A stretch of DNA of 39,198 nucleotides from Octopus bimaculoides. Taxonomy: Eukaryota. Made by a program: the position numbers and the translations under genes. The notes beneath the pieces are model-generated. The model was not told the DNA's origin. It worked only from the letters and a program-made list of their open reading frames with translations, and ran no database searches. The stretch spans positions 146,333,774-146,372,971 of the forward strand of contig NC_068984.1 of NCBI RefSeq assembly GCF_001194135.2, given 5' to 3'. Each line of letters starts with the position of its first letter. Within the stretch, counting starts at the first letter, position 1. Below, piece by piece: positions 11,223-22,995 of the stretch.

Positions 11223-11264
11223 TATATATATATATATATATATTTATGAGGTGTACCCTCACCT

Positions 11265-11463
11265 AGGCATCACACAAGGGCTATGTAAATGATAGTGGTT
11301 GGTTCCAGTCTTCTATGGGAAGCATGTCTGGTGACAGGGAAAGGTTACCTTGCTTGGAAACAGGTCAGAGTTGGTGATAGGAAGGGCATCTAACCATAGA
11401 AATTCCAACAAATTCCACCTGACCCATTCAAGTATAGAAAAGGGGACATTAAAATGATGATGA
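11265..11463 (+). mobile_element. SINE family A' 3' part
   Basis: ccttgcttggaaacaggtcagagttggtgataggaagggcatc...ggacattaaaatgatgat. Confidence 0.75.
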
Positions 11464-12014
11464 TAAGCCCCATCTCAGTTACTGCAAAGAATTAATGAAA
11501 TCAAATGAGTCGACTGCAATGTTTTCATTTTATTGATCGAACTGAAAACAAGGGCCAAAGTTCACCCCTTTTGAAGAATTCAAAGTGAATGAAAAACTGG
11601 AGGAAATATGTTAGGAAAAAGTATTTCCTCAAATTACTTTTTACTATCTCAAAAAACAACAACAACAACAACAATAATAATAATTATCGTTATCTTTGAT
11701 CATTCTCTTAAGTGGAACAAATCCTTTTTTGCTTGCAAAGGAGAATAGATATGGTTGACTGACTCAACAACAGTACATGACTGGCGCTTGTGTGTGTGTG
11801 TGTGTGTGTCTGTATGTGCACGTATACCTGTGTGTGACTGCATGCATATTTGCATGAGTGTAAGCATGTATGTATGTGTGTGCACATGTGTGCGTGTGCA
11901 TGCAGATTGTGGTCATGGACGACTGAGGCTATCACAATGATGACTAAAATGTCAAATGATTGTTACTCTTACCCATCAAGACAGACAAGTCACACCACAC
12001 ATCTCCATCACAAT

Positions 12015-12175
12015 GTTAAAGCCCTCCATCCATGACTGGTACCCATTTTCTAGAATCAGGTGAAATGAAGTGCTTTTCTCAAAGGCACAACACACAATGC
12101 ATTCTGGAAACCAAAAACATGATTTCCCAATCATGAATCTAACAAATCCCCCCCATTACGTGGCTTGTATGCCTT
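12015..12175 (-). mobile_element. SINE family D-like head, degenerate
   Basis: gtgaaatgaagtgcttttctcaaaggcacaaca is the reverse complement of the ttgtgttcttga.caaa.cac.tcattt core. Confidence 0.5.
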
Positions 12176-12289
12176 TCCCTAATGTAAACAGGAAGAAAGA
12201 CCAGCACACGGATATCCCTCATTGCCTTCCATTCTCCCTCATGTGCTCACCTATCTACCTGCATGCGCAACACCTTTCCCCCACCATTA

Positions 12290-12400
12290 TCTCCCTCTTC
12301 GTGTGTCACGCTTGTCCGACCACTTTTAAACTTCTCGATCCACTCCAACACACTTCTACATGGTAGTGCACTGTGCCCCAATTGTGGGGGTGGATTCAAA
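12290..12400 (-). mobile_element. Tc1/mariner transposase fragment (N-terminal HTH region)
   Basis: Minus strand reads GHSALPCRSVLEWIEKFKSGRTSVTHEEG, matching the mariner SxRSVYEWxxxFKxGRTSVxDExxxGRP segment. Confidence 0.75.
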
Positions 12401-12493
12401 AAGACTAACAGAAACCAAAACCCTGCTAATATTAAACTAAACTGAGAGACAACTGTGTGTATGTATATCTGTATGCTACTGCTTATGTGTGTG

Positions 12494-12559
<66 letters not shown>

Positions 12560-12561
<2 letters not shown>

Positions 12562-12930
12562 CGCAGGCGTGGCTGTGTGGTAAGAAACTTGTTTCCCAAC
12601 TACATGGTCCTGGATTCAGTCCCACTGTGTGGCACCTTGGGCAAGTGTCTTCTCTAGCCTCGGGCTGACCAAAGCCTTGTGAGTGCGTTTGGTAGATGGA
12701 AAATGTATATATTTGTGTGTGTGTGTGTGTGTGTTTGTCCTCACCACCACTGCCTGACAACCAATGCTGGTGTGTTTATGTCCCTGTAACTTAGCAGTTC
12801 AGCAAAAGAGACCGATAGAAGAAGTACTAAGCTTACAAAGAATAAGTCATGGGGTCAATTTCTTCGACTAACACCTTTTAAGGCGGTGCTCCAGCATGGC
12901 GAGTCAAATGACTGAAGTAAAAGAATAACA
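12560..12930 (+). mobile_element. Full-length SINE family A
   Basis: gcaggcgtggctgtgtggtaag (A box), ggattcagtccc (B box), ggcaccttgggcaagtgtctt core, internal (GT)n, tail gtaaaagaataa. Confidence 0.92.
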
Positions 12931-13469
12931 GAATATATATTTATATACACACACACACACACACACACACGTACAAATATATGTATATACAGATATAATA
13001 CATACTATATATGCATACATACATACATACATACACACACATACGCTTGCACACACACACACACACACACATTGGTCAGTTGTCAGGATGTGGTACTATG
13101 AGTGATATAAAGACAAATGTCAGAAGAGATAATTAGCCAGGAACCAACTGAACAATGACAGCAGGACAGGTGGTGGTGGGGGAGGCGGCGGTGGTGGTGG
13201 TGGGGAGGTGGGGAATGGTGGCTGTGGTTTGTGGCCATAAAAACCAGAGGAAGAAAACACGATGTGGGCAGAGGGGGCAGCACGGATATTAANNNNNNNN
13301 NNCCTTATACTCATCCCTAATTAATTTCTCTGTCCCCTTTTCTATCCAATCTGATTGTCCCATTTGCGTTGGAGGCAGGCACTGGAAATCTATTTTGGTA
13401 TTCGGGCAATAATAAACCATTTCTGATCCAGAAACAAGGAACGGATGTGTTTTGTGTATAGAAGTAGGA

Positions 13470-13506
<37 letters not shown>

Positions 13507-13727
13507 TTAGAGTTATTTGAATTCACGTGCTTCTTGGGAGAACTAAGGCTGCCAAAGTTGACCTCAGCAGCATTTGAATATAATGTAATGGGACTTCACT
13601 AAATATCTAAAAAGCAAATGCTAAATGATGATGATGATGATGATGATGATGATATCATCTGGTGTTTTAATGCTTCGATCAATCACTGCCATAACAGCAA
13701 CAACAACAACAACAAATGACAATACTA

Positions 13728-13950
13728 ATGGTTTCAAATTTTGGCACAAGGCCGGCAATTTTAGGAGGTGGGGTAAGTCAATTACACCAACCCCCAGTGC
13801 TCAACTGGTATTTTATTCTGTCGACCCCGAGAAAGTGAAAGGCACAATCGTCCTCAGTAGAATTTGAACTCAGAATGTAAAGAGCCCAGAAAAAAACTTC
13901 TACCTAAGCATTTCACCTGATGCATTAACAATTCTGCCAGCTCATCACCC
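13728..13950 (-). mobile_element. SINE family C
   Basis: ggtttcaaattttggcacaaggcc...ccccagtgctcaactggta...gaatttgaactcagaa...ttctgccagctc. Confidence 0.88.
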
Positions 13951-14317
13951 CACCACCACCACCACCACCATTAATGATGGTGATGATGATTTCTTTATTT
14001 GACACCAGGACAATGGATGGGGGACAATACAAAGATGACCATAAAGTGTAGGGATTGACACAGAATCAAATTATTTTTTTTTCTTTTTAAAGAAAAAAAA
14101 AGTTTAAACCGTAAAGAGAATAAACAAAATGTGAATTATTGCAAAGTAGCGATAATGGCTTTTATTTAGGTAGATGGTCAGCTATTTTGAGTAGAAGGGT
14201 CAGTTACATTGACCCCAGCACATGACTGGTTCAAGAGAGAGAGAGAGAAATTTATGGGTGGGAAAATATGGAGACATTTTAACTGAAAGAAAAATACAGA
14301 GGATACTACCATGATGA

Positions 14318-14460
14318 TGATCATCATCATTATTTAACATCTGTTTTCCCCTGCTGGCATGGGCTTCACTAAACCCCAATGTTTGCATTGCCATAGCTCC
14401 TCTGAGTGGATGCCCCCTTCCTAATACCAACCACTTTACAGAGTGTACAGAATGTTTCTG
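14318..14460 (-). mobile_element. RTE-type tail element
   Basis: catcatcattatttaacatctgttttcccctgctggcatggg...cccttcctaataccaaccact. Confidence 0.75.
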
Positions 14461-15129
14461 TCATGAGACAGGAATGATCTATTATGTCACTGTGGCAGAT
14501 TCCAGTCAATCCAAGCTGGAGGCGTATGAATAAAATGGCAGTGATCTGCTTTAGCTAAGAGAACTCCGTACAGTAGCGAAGAAGCGGCAGCTTCAAACCA
14601 GTCACTGAAAAGACTGCCCAGAAACAACACCTCTTCCTTTGACATGCCACAATTTCTTTGTCCACCACCAACTGTGTGCAACCCAGTTGAATGAGATCAG
14701 CTACAACTCTGCTTCAAAATGATTGGCACATTCTTGTTCTTATTAGCTTACAATGGCTTCCATACAACCCTTCTGTGTACAAAGTCATGAAACTTTCCTT
14801 GTCTTGCATACACGTGTATTTGGTCCACATACACATTGCAGAGTAATCATTGTTACTGCTTGCCAGCACTTGTGTTATTTAAATAAAGTTTACAATGATT
14901 CGTTGGAAATGAAATGTCTTCTGAACATTCTTTATTCACGTTTATCAAAAAGGACATTGAAATGGATTCTCTCACGCACACTCTTGACACATTAAAGCAC
15001 AGAACACTCGCACTAGTAACTACACACACCATGTTACAACCAAACCCACGTTGCATTGGTGACAACCACTATTGCTTTAATAATATGCTATAATCTTTAC
15101 AAGGGGGCAGCGCTAGTGATAACAGCCAA

Positions 15130-16235
15130 GTGACTTCATAAGATCCTTCAACTGAAAGAGGTTGTTGCATTGAGGGAGGTGGCTTTATGTCAAGTGATGA
15201 GAGGTTAAAGTAGGATAGGAGACATTAAAGATTTATAGGTACACAGTACTTCGTTACAAATCTTTAATGTTTACATACCAGCCCCAGGAATGTGTCTAAT
15301 ATGTAAATTGGTATATTCAGTAACTTAACAATGCTGTATGCGGTGGCTATATAAGCAATGTGTTCAGTAGTAATAATGGGTTAGAGGAGAAATATGGCAT
15401 ATACACTCCTTACCCACTTTTGTTTTCAATCACATTGTCTGTTTACATCTGATGTCTCCCTATGAAACATTGTAGCAAAAATCAGTGCTGACTGTAAGTT
15501 CTATAGAATATCTGTAGAAATAACGTTAACAAAATGATAGAAGGAGAGGAATAAATGTCTTGCTGTAGAGAAAATATATAGTTACTCCAGTTGGAAGAGA
15601 AAGAGAATTGTGATGAAGACGTGTTAGGGTGTAACCCCAAGTTACAAGAAGGTGAATACAAGTGGTATGGATGGGTAAGTTCACAGGGATGTGAGAGGTG
15701 AATGGCAGATAAACAAAGATGGGGATAAAGAGAAATGTAATGAGAGGGTAATGCAGGTGGAGTCACAGACACACAGAGTGTAAGAATAATGAAATATGTG
15801 AGTCAGTGAGAAAATGGAGTGAGAAAATTAGAAGGAAGTAAGGGAACAACTTTGCACATATTACAATAGATCACAAGTCAAATGCTGGGCAAAGATATTC
15901 CCAGTCAAAGAGAAACTTGATGACTTTGAATTTGGAGAAAAAAGACAAAGATTATACAAGTAAATAATTCTCAGTGAGAACTGAGCATTGATTTGTTGAG
16001 ATATTCTCTTTACATTGAGCACTGAAGTTCATATGGAGGGAAGAAGTATTGTAAAATGACAAGACACAAGAAAAAAAGTAGGAGCAAGGATTTAGGTAAA
16101 GAATAACTGCAAGAACAAAAGACAAGACTGGGAAGAAAAGGGAGCAATGCTTGAAGGAGAAACCAAAATAATATTAGTGAAAGGAGACAAATAAATCCTT
16201 GTATTTTAAGTGAGCACAACTGTAGCATTTAGGAC
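15130..16235 (-). mobile_element. Highly decayed Penelope-like element
   Basis: Purine-rich plus strand; shares tctctacag.aagaca.t with the 28180-28655 remnant; no intact motif recovered. Confidence 0.4.
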
Positions 16236-16269
16236 AGACTGTATCCCTAATGTGTAGTAAAAACTGATT

Positions 16270-16402
16270 AAAAGCGTTGGCACCAGGAAGAGAATCCATC
16301 TATTAAAAAATTGTCTCAGAAAACCTATAAATCTGCTTCAACAACTTCTGTCTGACCCATACAAGCATAGAAAAGTGTATGTTAAAATGATGATGATGAT
16401 GG
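16270..16402 (+). mobile_element. RTE-type tail (family A' type)
   Basis: ttggcaccaggaag...tctgcttcaacaac...gacccatacaagcatagaaaagtg...atgatgatgatg. Confidence 0.7.
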
Positions 16403-16834
16403 TGACACAAATACAAGTATACCCACATCTACAAATAAAAACAGCATGAAGTTTCAACAGTTGAAAACAAGGAAATGGTGGTGGAACCGAATCCAACAAC
16501 CATCATTAAGAGCCATTCTTATATCAATACCATACAAGGCCCACCATCTTTATAAAACTTAACTGACCTAACACTGTCATCACTATCAATAACAACAACA
16601 AAACAGTGAAAGGAACAAGTTTCCAACCTCTTTTAATCACTTTGTTTTACACTAAGATCACCACTGAAAAAGCAAACCCTGCCATCGAGATCACTGCCAG
16701 CGTAGAAAGCTCTACATCATCATCATCAACATTGTCCTAACGAAACAAATCTAATACACTCTCTACATAAGAGAGAGGGTGGGGATGTAATCTAATTTAA
16801 AATAATACATGCATATAGGAACACATGTATGTAT

Positions 16835-17062
16835 ATATCATCATCATCATCATTTGCATTTAACAGCCATCTTCCATGTTGGCATGGGTTGGATGGTTTA
16901 ACAGAAGCTGGCAAGGCCAGGAACCACACTAGGTTCCACTGCCTGTTTTGGAAGGGTTTCTACAGCTGGGTGCCCTTCCTAAAGCCAACCACTTCACAGA
17001 GTGTACTGGGTGCTTTTTATTTGGCACCAACACCAATGCTTTTAATGGTACCAGCACCAGCA
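16835..17062 (-). mobile_element. RTE-type tail element
   Basis: catcatcatcat...ttccatgttggcatgggttggatgg...gcccttcctaaagccaaccact...gggtgcttttt. Confidence 0.85.
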
Positions 17063-17064
17063 TA

Positions 17065-17116
<52 letters not shown>

Positions 17117-17289
17117 TTTTCCAAGAAGTGAAATGACTGTGACTTTGAAGTTAGTTTCTTAACTTTTATTGGGGTGTTTGACAAAGGTTAGGAGGCCAAA
17201 ACTTTGAAGTCCCTGTCACCCATCTTCTTGCCAAAGCATAACAAATGCGTACTCTACAAAAGGTATGGAATCATTTTTCTGTTTAATAT

Positions 17290-17560
17290 TGGTTTCAAAT
17301 TTTGGCACAAGGCCAGCAATTTTAGGGGAGGGGGTAAGTCACATCGACCCTGGTGCTCAACTGGTTATCATNNNNNNNNNNNNNNNNNNNNNNNNNNNNN
17401 NNNNNNNNNNNNNNNNNNNNNNNNNNNNNNNNNNNNNNNNNNNNNNNNNNNNNNNNNNNNNNNNNNNNNNNNNNNNNNNNNNNNNNNNNNNNNNNNNNNN
17501 NNNNNNNNNNNNNNNNNNNNNATTTCTCTGGCACCGTAACAATTTCCCCAGCTCACAGCC
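17290..17560 (-). mobile_element. SINE family C spanning an assembly gap (N 17372-17521)
   Basis: ggtttcaaattttggcacaaggccagcaattt before the gap; caatttccccagctc head after it. Confidence 0.75.
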
Positions 17561-17749
17561 ATATTATTCTCTTTAATATGAAATTGTCTGTATTATAACT
17601 ATTAGACATAAAAAAAAAAAACAAACAAACATTAATACATATACACACACACACACACACACGCACACCAGCCACAAGTATAGTTTTTTTAATCTCTGAA
17701 GATCTTTAAATCGTAAGTACTAAGAATAAAAGAGAGAGAGAGAGAGAGT

Positions 17750-17788
<39 letters not shown>

Positions 17789-18604
17789 TCCATAAGAAAA
17801 AGAAAGAAAAGAGAAAAGGAAGTCAGTTGAAGTACTACTGATTGTAAATAAGAAATGGTAACTTGAGATTTTAATTGGTACATTTTGTTGAAACTTTTAG
17901 CGTAAGACTGGTAACACATGGACTCCAGACAGTGGAAAGTTGGCCAATCTCAACCAACATGGAAGGAACCGATTCCAAAGCTATCAAGTTCTGCTGCTCT
18001 TGCCTGAGTATAAGAGACACAAACATATTATTATTATTATTAATAATAGTGGTATTAGACGGTTCTGGATTTTGCAAGGATTTCTTCCAAGACAGCAAAC
18101 TATGCGTACACAGACAATTACACACACAGACGGAGTTATTAAATCATTTTATATGGTAATTAAAAATTTTGCCTCTGTAGATCTTAAAATCGGATATGGT
18201 ATTACCATTTGTACAGAAATTTTTACAGCTCCACCACTACGGCAATGTCACTAAACTTCAGTTCAATGTTTAACAGTCAATTATCATGTCAGAATTTTCA
18301 GTTTTGTAACTTCCCACCCACCCATCCATCAGCAACAGCATTGAACCCATTAGATTTGGCAGACAACTGATTTTATCCTCATCTTAGCAGCCGGGGTTAA
18401 CAGTTAAGTAGGAAAAGGAGGATCTATTACTTTGACACAGCACAAAGCTAACTCAACAACCAATCATCTCAGTGGGATGATTGGGTGCAGCTGTTGGGCT
18501 GTCAACACTTTGGCATGGCTCACTGGATATTCAGCCTGGTTTGGTGATAGGACTTTTTAATGCTGGTGGCAAACGTGTGCACACACACACTTCACATGCA
18601 ACAT

Positions 18605-18816
18605 GCATCATCATCATTTAATATCTGTTTTCCATGCTGGCATGGGTTGGACGGTTTGACAGGAGCTGGCAAGCAGAAGAACTGTATCAGACCCCAATTG
18701 TCTGTTTTGGCATGGTTGCTATGGCTGGGTGCCCTTCCTAATACCAACCACTCTACAGAGTGTACTGAGTGCTCTTTATGTGGCACCAACACCAGTGCTT
18801 TTTATGTGGCACCAGC
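18605..18816 (-). mobile_element. RTE-type tail element running into gap 18817-19128
   Basis: catcatcatttaatatctgttttccatgctggcatgggttggacggtttgac... Confidence 0.85.
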
Positions 18817-19500
18817 NNNNNNNNNNNNNNNNNNNNNNNNNNNNNNNNNNNNNNNNNNNNNNNNNNNNNNNNNNNNNNNNNNNNNNNNNNNNNNNNNNNN
18901 NNNNNNNNNNNNNNNNNNNNNNNNNNNNNNNNNNNNNNNNNNNNNNNNNNNNNNNNNNNNNNNNNNNNNNNNNNNNNNNNNNNNNNNNNNNNNNNNNNNN
19001 NNNNNNNNNNNNNNNNNNNNNNNNNNNNNNNNNNNNNNNNNNNNNNNNNNNNNNNNNNNNNNNNNNNNNNNNNNNNNNNNNNNNNNNNNNNNNNNNNNNN
19101 NNNNNNNNNNNNNNNNNNNNNNNNNNNNGAAATAGAGTTATTAGTTGAATGTGATCAACACAAACAACTTTCCCTCTTCTCAACACAGAAATACAGTCAG
19201 ATATATAAAGAGAGATAGGGAGAGACAGAAAGAGAGAAAGGGAGAGACAGAAAGAGAGAAAGGGTTGATAAAGTTAAATACCAGTCAAGTTCGGGGGGTG
19301 AGGGGATCAGCTGAACTAACTTGCCTACCCCTCCCCTTAAAATTGTTGGCCTTGTGCCCTGCAACAGACCAGTGTCCCATTCAGAGAGAATGCTGTGATT
19401 TTGGTCACTTGTTGCCATGGAAACTGAGTAACCAACCTCATGGCTCCCAAGGCTCAAGAAAAATAAAAGAAAACGAGTAGTTTTAATGGGGGCACACAAC

Positions 19501-19571
19501 CTTTCACGCTTGGTATCGCCGTCTCAATGTGACGAACAAGGAAACCACAACAACAGGTGTCAGCAGATTGG
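19501..19571 (-). CDS. Candidate 71-nt exon (xQSADTCCCGFLVRHIETAIPSVK, or xNLLTPVVVVSLFVTLRRRYQA-stop)
   Basis: Strong acceptor tctttctcttcttgtatttacttcAG; weaker donor AAG|GTTGTG; unique, higher-GC sequence. Confidence 0.25.
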
Positions 19572-20287
19572 CTGAAGTAAATACAAGAAGAGAAAGATGT
19601 CTTGTTAAAGAACATGTTATAATGCCGACAACATGATGCAATTCCATAACGCCATGAGTCAAGATTCCAGTACTGTTTGGCCTCTGCAACTTGCAGCTCT
19701 CCATGAAACAAATATATTTCCCTAATTATAGACGTGTCCTGTCACTTGTACTATCTTATTAGCCTAGATGTGTACACGGAATATGCTAGCTATTTGGGAG
19801 AACTTGTCTAGAATTATTAACTAGCAGCAAATTAACCAGTAGATGTAGGGGTAGATGGGAAGTGAAGTGGCATGGAAGAGGATGTGTGTGTGTGGTGTGT
19901 ATGTTTTTGAGATGTGTGAGATGAGCACGTGTGCTTGTGTGAGTGAACGAGTGTGTGTGTGTGTCTATAATGATGGTAAGGTCTTCCTTGCAACAACTGC
20001 AAGCTACATTCAGTTGGAGTCTAAATTATAACTTAGCAAGCATTTTTTATGACTTGTTTTTTTTTTGTTTGTCTTTGTCCTTTTTCCTTTATAATCAATG
20101 ACTGAAAACTAAAACGATGCATACCCTGAGTGAGGGGTTCAATCCTCACCCAACCATGGCATCCCCTCCTCCTAAATAACACTGATAGTCTACATGGAGG
20201 ACAATAAATGTCATTCCTGGTTTCCATTAGGTCAGGGTTTTTCAAAGTTGGTTCCATGAAAATTTTGGGGGGTTTCACAAGATCTCT

Positions 20288-20468
20288 CTTTTTTTTTCTT
20301 TTACTTGTTAACTGTGGCCATGCTGGGGCAATATCCTGAAGAGTTTTAGTCGAGCAAATTGACCTCAGTTCTTTGTTTGTTTTTAAGTCCCATACATATC
20401 CATCAATCGCTTTTGCTGAGTTGCTAAGTTCCAAGAACATAAACAAGCACCGGTTGTCAAGCAGTGGT

Positions 20469-20475
<7 letters not shown>
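20288..20475 (-). mobile_element. SINE family A 3' half
   Basis: tttacttgttaactgtggccatgctggggca...tttagtcgagcaaattgacc...ggttgtcaagcagtggtgga. Confidence 0.8.
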
Positions 20476-20501
<26 letters not shown>

Positions 20502-20683
20502 CACATGAACGCACACACACACACACATATATACACACACAAAATACGAAAAGTCTTTAGAAAAGGGCCTCAGCCCACAGAGGCTCACTTGAAATTAATC
20601 CTTATTCTCGGATATTTAAGTGTTGTTGCCCTACTTCATCTAATAGAAAAGGCTCAGTTTCCACTACAAGGTTTAGTCCTTGT

Positions 20684-20987
20684 TGTGATGTGGTGGTTTG
20701 CATGCCTCAATGAACATGAGAGTCATGTCAGCAGATTGCAAGCGCCTGGTGGGGTCCCTCATGCTGGACAGGTCAAAGGACAGAGGCCAGGCAAATATGG
20801 ACCACTTCTTCCTAGAGGTGAAAATGGGTTTCCAAAGAGCCAACATCACTGGCATTAGGAAGGGCAGCCAACTGTAGAAACATTGCCAGATCATATTAGA
20901 GCCTGGCACAGCCACTGGCTCTCTAGACCTCAGTCAAACCATCCAACCCATGCTAGCATGGAAAACAGACATTAAACGATGATGATG
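20684..20987 (+). mobile_element. Bipartite non-autonomous RTE derivative (5'UTR-like part fused to 3' tail)
   Basis: gcatgcctcaatgaacatgagag...cctggtggggtccctcatgctggacaggtcaaaggacagaggccaggcaaatatggaccact resembles RTE/BovB-type 5'UTRs as recalled; directly followed by the RTE tail and (GAT)n. Confidence 0.6.
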
Positions 20988-20994
20988 TGAGAGG

Positions 20995-21225
20995 TAAAGT
21001 GACAAAACTGGCAGAATTTTTGGCAAGCCAGGAAGAACACTGAGTGGCATTTTGTCAATCTTTACATTCTGAGTTCAAATCCCACTGAAGTCAACTTTGC
21101 CTTTTGGCGTCAATAAAATAAAGTACCAGCTGAGTACTGGGGGTTGATGTAATCGACTTACCCCCTCCCCCCTCTGCCTCCCCCAACAAATGTTGGCGTG
21201 CCAAAACTTGATGAAACCAATGTAA
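20995..21225 (+). mobile_element. SINE family C
   Basis: ctggcagaattt...ctgagttcaaatccc...aataaaataaagtaccagctgagtactgggggttgatgtaatcgact. Confidence 0.85.
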
Positions 21226-21580
21226 GAAGTGATAGAAACTTATTTACAATAATTTAATCATTATTTTCTGACTTCTTTCAAAGTGCAGTATACACATCAG
21301 AAAGTTAGTATACATCACAGCCCGTGGCAGGGTCCCATTTTATGATGTTCGCATTTTAATAACCTTAACTTCATGCCGAGAGAGAGAGAGAGAGAGAGAG
21401 ACTTTAATCTCAGTTCATTTCAAGAATGACAAGGCAACACATCACAGAATAAAAATATACTAAAAAATAAAGAAAATATTAATCAGTGAATTGTAAAGCA
21501 TAATAATTGATGAGGTGTGTCTAATTTGTGGTTATTACTCACTAATATTGTCAATTTGGTTTTATTATTAGTTTCATTTA

Positions 21581-21770
21581 GGGTGGTGAACCGACGGAAT
21601 TGTTAGTACACTAGACATTAGGCTTAGAAACATTTTACAAGTCTTTACATTCGAATTCTGTCAAGGTTGACTTTGCCTGTCATCCTTTCGGGATCAATAA
21701 AATAAGTACCAGTTGAGCCTTGCATGGGGTCAATGTAATCAACTAAACCCCCATCAAAAATTTCAGGCTG
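21581..21770 (+). mobile_element. SINE family C
   Basis: gggtggtgaaccgacggaattgttag...catcctttcgggatcaataaaataagtaccagttg. Confidence 0.8.
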
Positions 21771-21796
21771 GAATGTCCTCTACTATAGTTCTGGGA

Positions 21797-21827
<31 letters not shown>

Positions 21828-22189
21828 GCACGTGCTGTCAGTAATTACTCAGGGTAGGCAGTTGGTGATGTTTATGTAGTAAAACAGACAAAAATAAGTG
21901 AAACACAGGTGTACAACTGAGTTGAAGGCAGATTTACATCTGTCTCTATAGCATGTAAAGAAAACATTGTTGACGGAATGTATGTGACACGTGTACTACA
22001 GCAGTATTATGCGTAGCTTAGATACTGAGATTGAAAGGCAGGGACGAATTATGCCTACTTGATCGACAAAAAAAATAAAATAATTTGCATTTTATGCATA
22101 GAAATCAGAGTAACCTTCATAATTTTATTGAATTAGGTGCATATTTTGCCATAAAACGAAAATGTTACTATTGATCTATTTCATTCAGG

Positions 22190-22315
22190 GTAGGCACATT
22201 TTTGCCAGCTGAGTGAATTGGAACATCTCAAGGACACAACGTGCCACTGGGAATCAAACTCCCGGCCATATCATTATAAATTGATTACCCCAACCACTAA
22301 GCCATGCACCTTCAC
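22190..22315 (-). mobile_element. SINE family D-like head
   Basis: gggaatcaaactc...ccaaccactaagccatgc is the reverse of a tRNA-like head. Confidence 0.6.

Positions 22316-22361
<46 letters not shown>
22316..22361. repeat. (CA)n microsatellite
   Basis: Directly visible. Confidence 0.95.
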
Positions 22362-22365
<4 letters not shown>

Positions 22366-22867
22366 TGTATTAAATTAAGAGAGGATAAAGGAGAGTTAGT
22401 GGTTAATATTTATTTATTAATAAATTAACAATCATTTCTTCCTACAGCTGTTTCCATTTATACTCATTGGATAAATTACGAATTTATGCATCAAATTTGC
22501 ATTTATAAGTTATGAGCAAAATATCAACAGGGAAAAGTCAGACATTAAAAAATTACATGTTGACCAATCTGTTCATTCTGGCAGATTAACCCTAACCAAT
22601 AATTCTCCATTTTCTTCTCTTAATACGAATTATATACTTAATATATACTTATAGATTGAGGGAAATTTTATTTTCCAAACACATACGGTATAGAATCAGC
22701 GTTTTCTTAGATGTAATATTCCCTTTAAGAGGTTAATATATTAATATATGTAATATATCCTTTAACTTATATAAATATATANNNNNNNNNNNNNNNNNNN
22801 NNNNNNNNNNNNNNNNNNNNNNNNNNNNNNTATATACTTTATTCTGAGTTTCACGTTCCCGTTCATC

Positions 22868-22995
22868 GGACAATTTTGTTAGAAATACCCAGGCCTATCA
22901 TAGGAGACACTTACCCCAGGTGCTTCACAGTGGGATTGAAACCTCAAATCACATGGCTGCAAAGCGAGTTTCTTAACCACACAGCCCTGTCTGTG
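22868..22995 (-). mobile_element. SINE family A head
   Basis: agacacttaccccaggtgc...cagtgggattgaacc...cttaaccacacagccc. Confidence 0.75.

Noticed and set aside
12250-12355. Apparent minus exon with AG|GTGAG donor
   Set aside because: The sequence is the mariner transposase remnant
12560-12625. tRNA-like A/B boxes
   Set aside because: SINE heads, not tRNA genes; no complete cloverleaf or anticodon arm, and repeated across the window
15099-15118. CTCF-like motif agggggcagc
   Set aside because: Only the 3' half of the consensus matches; not supportable from sequence alone
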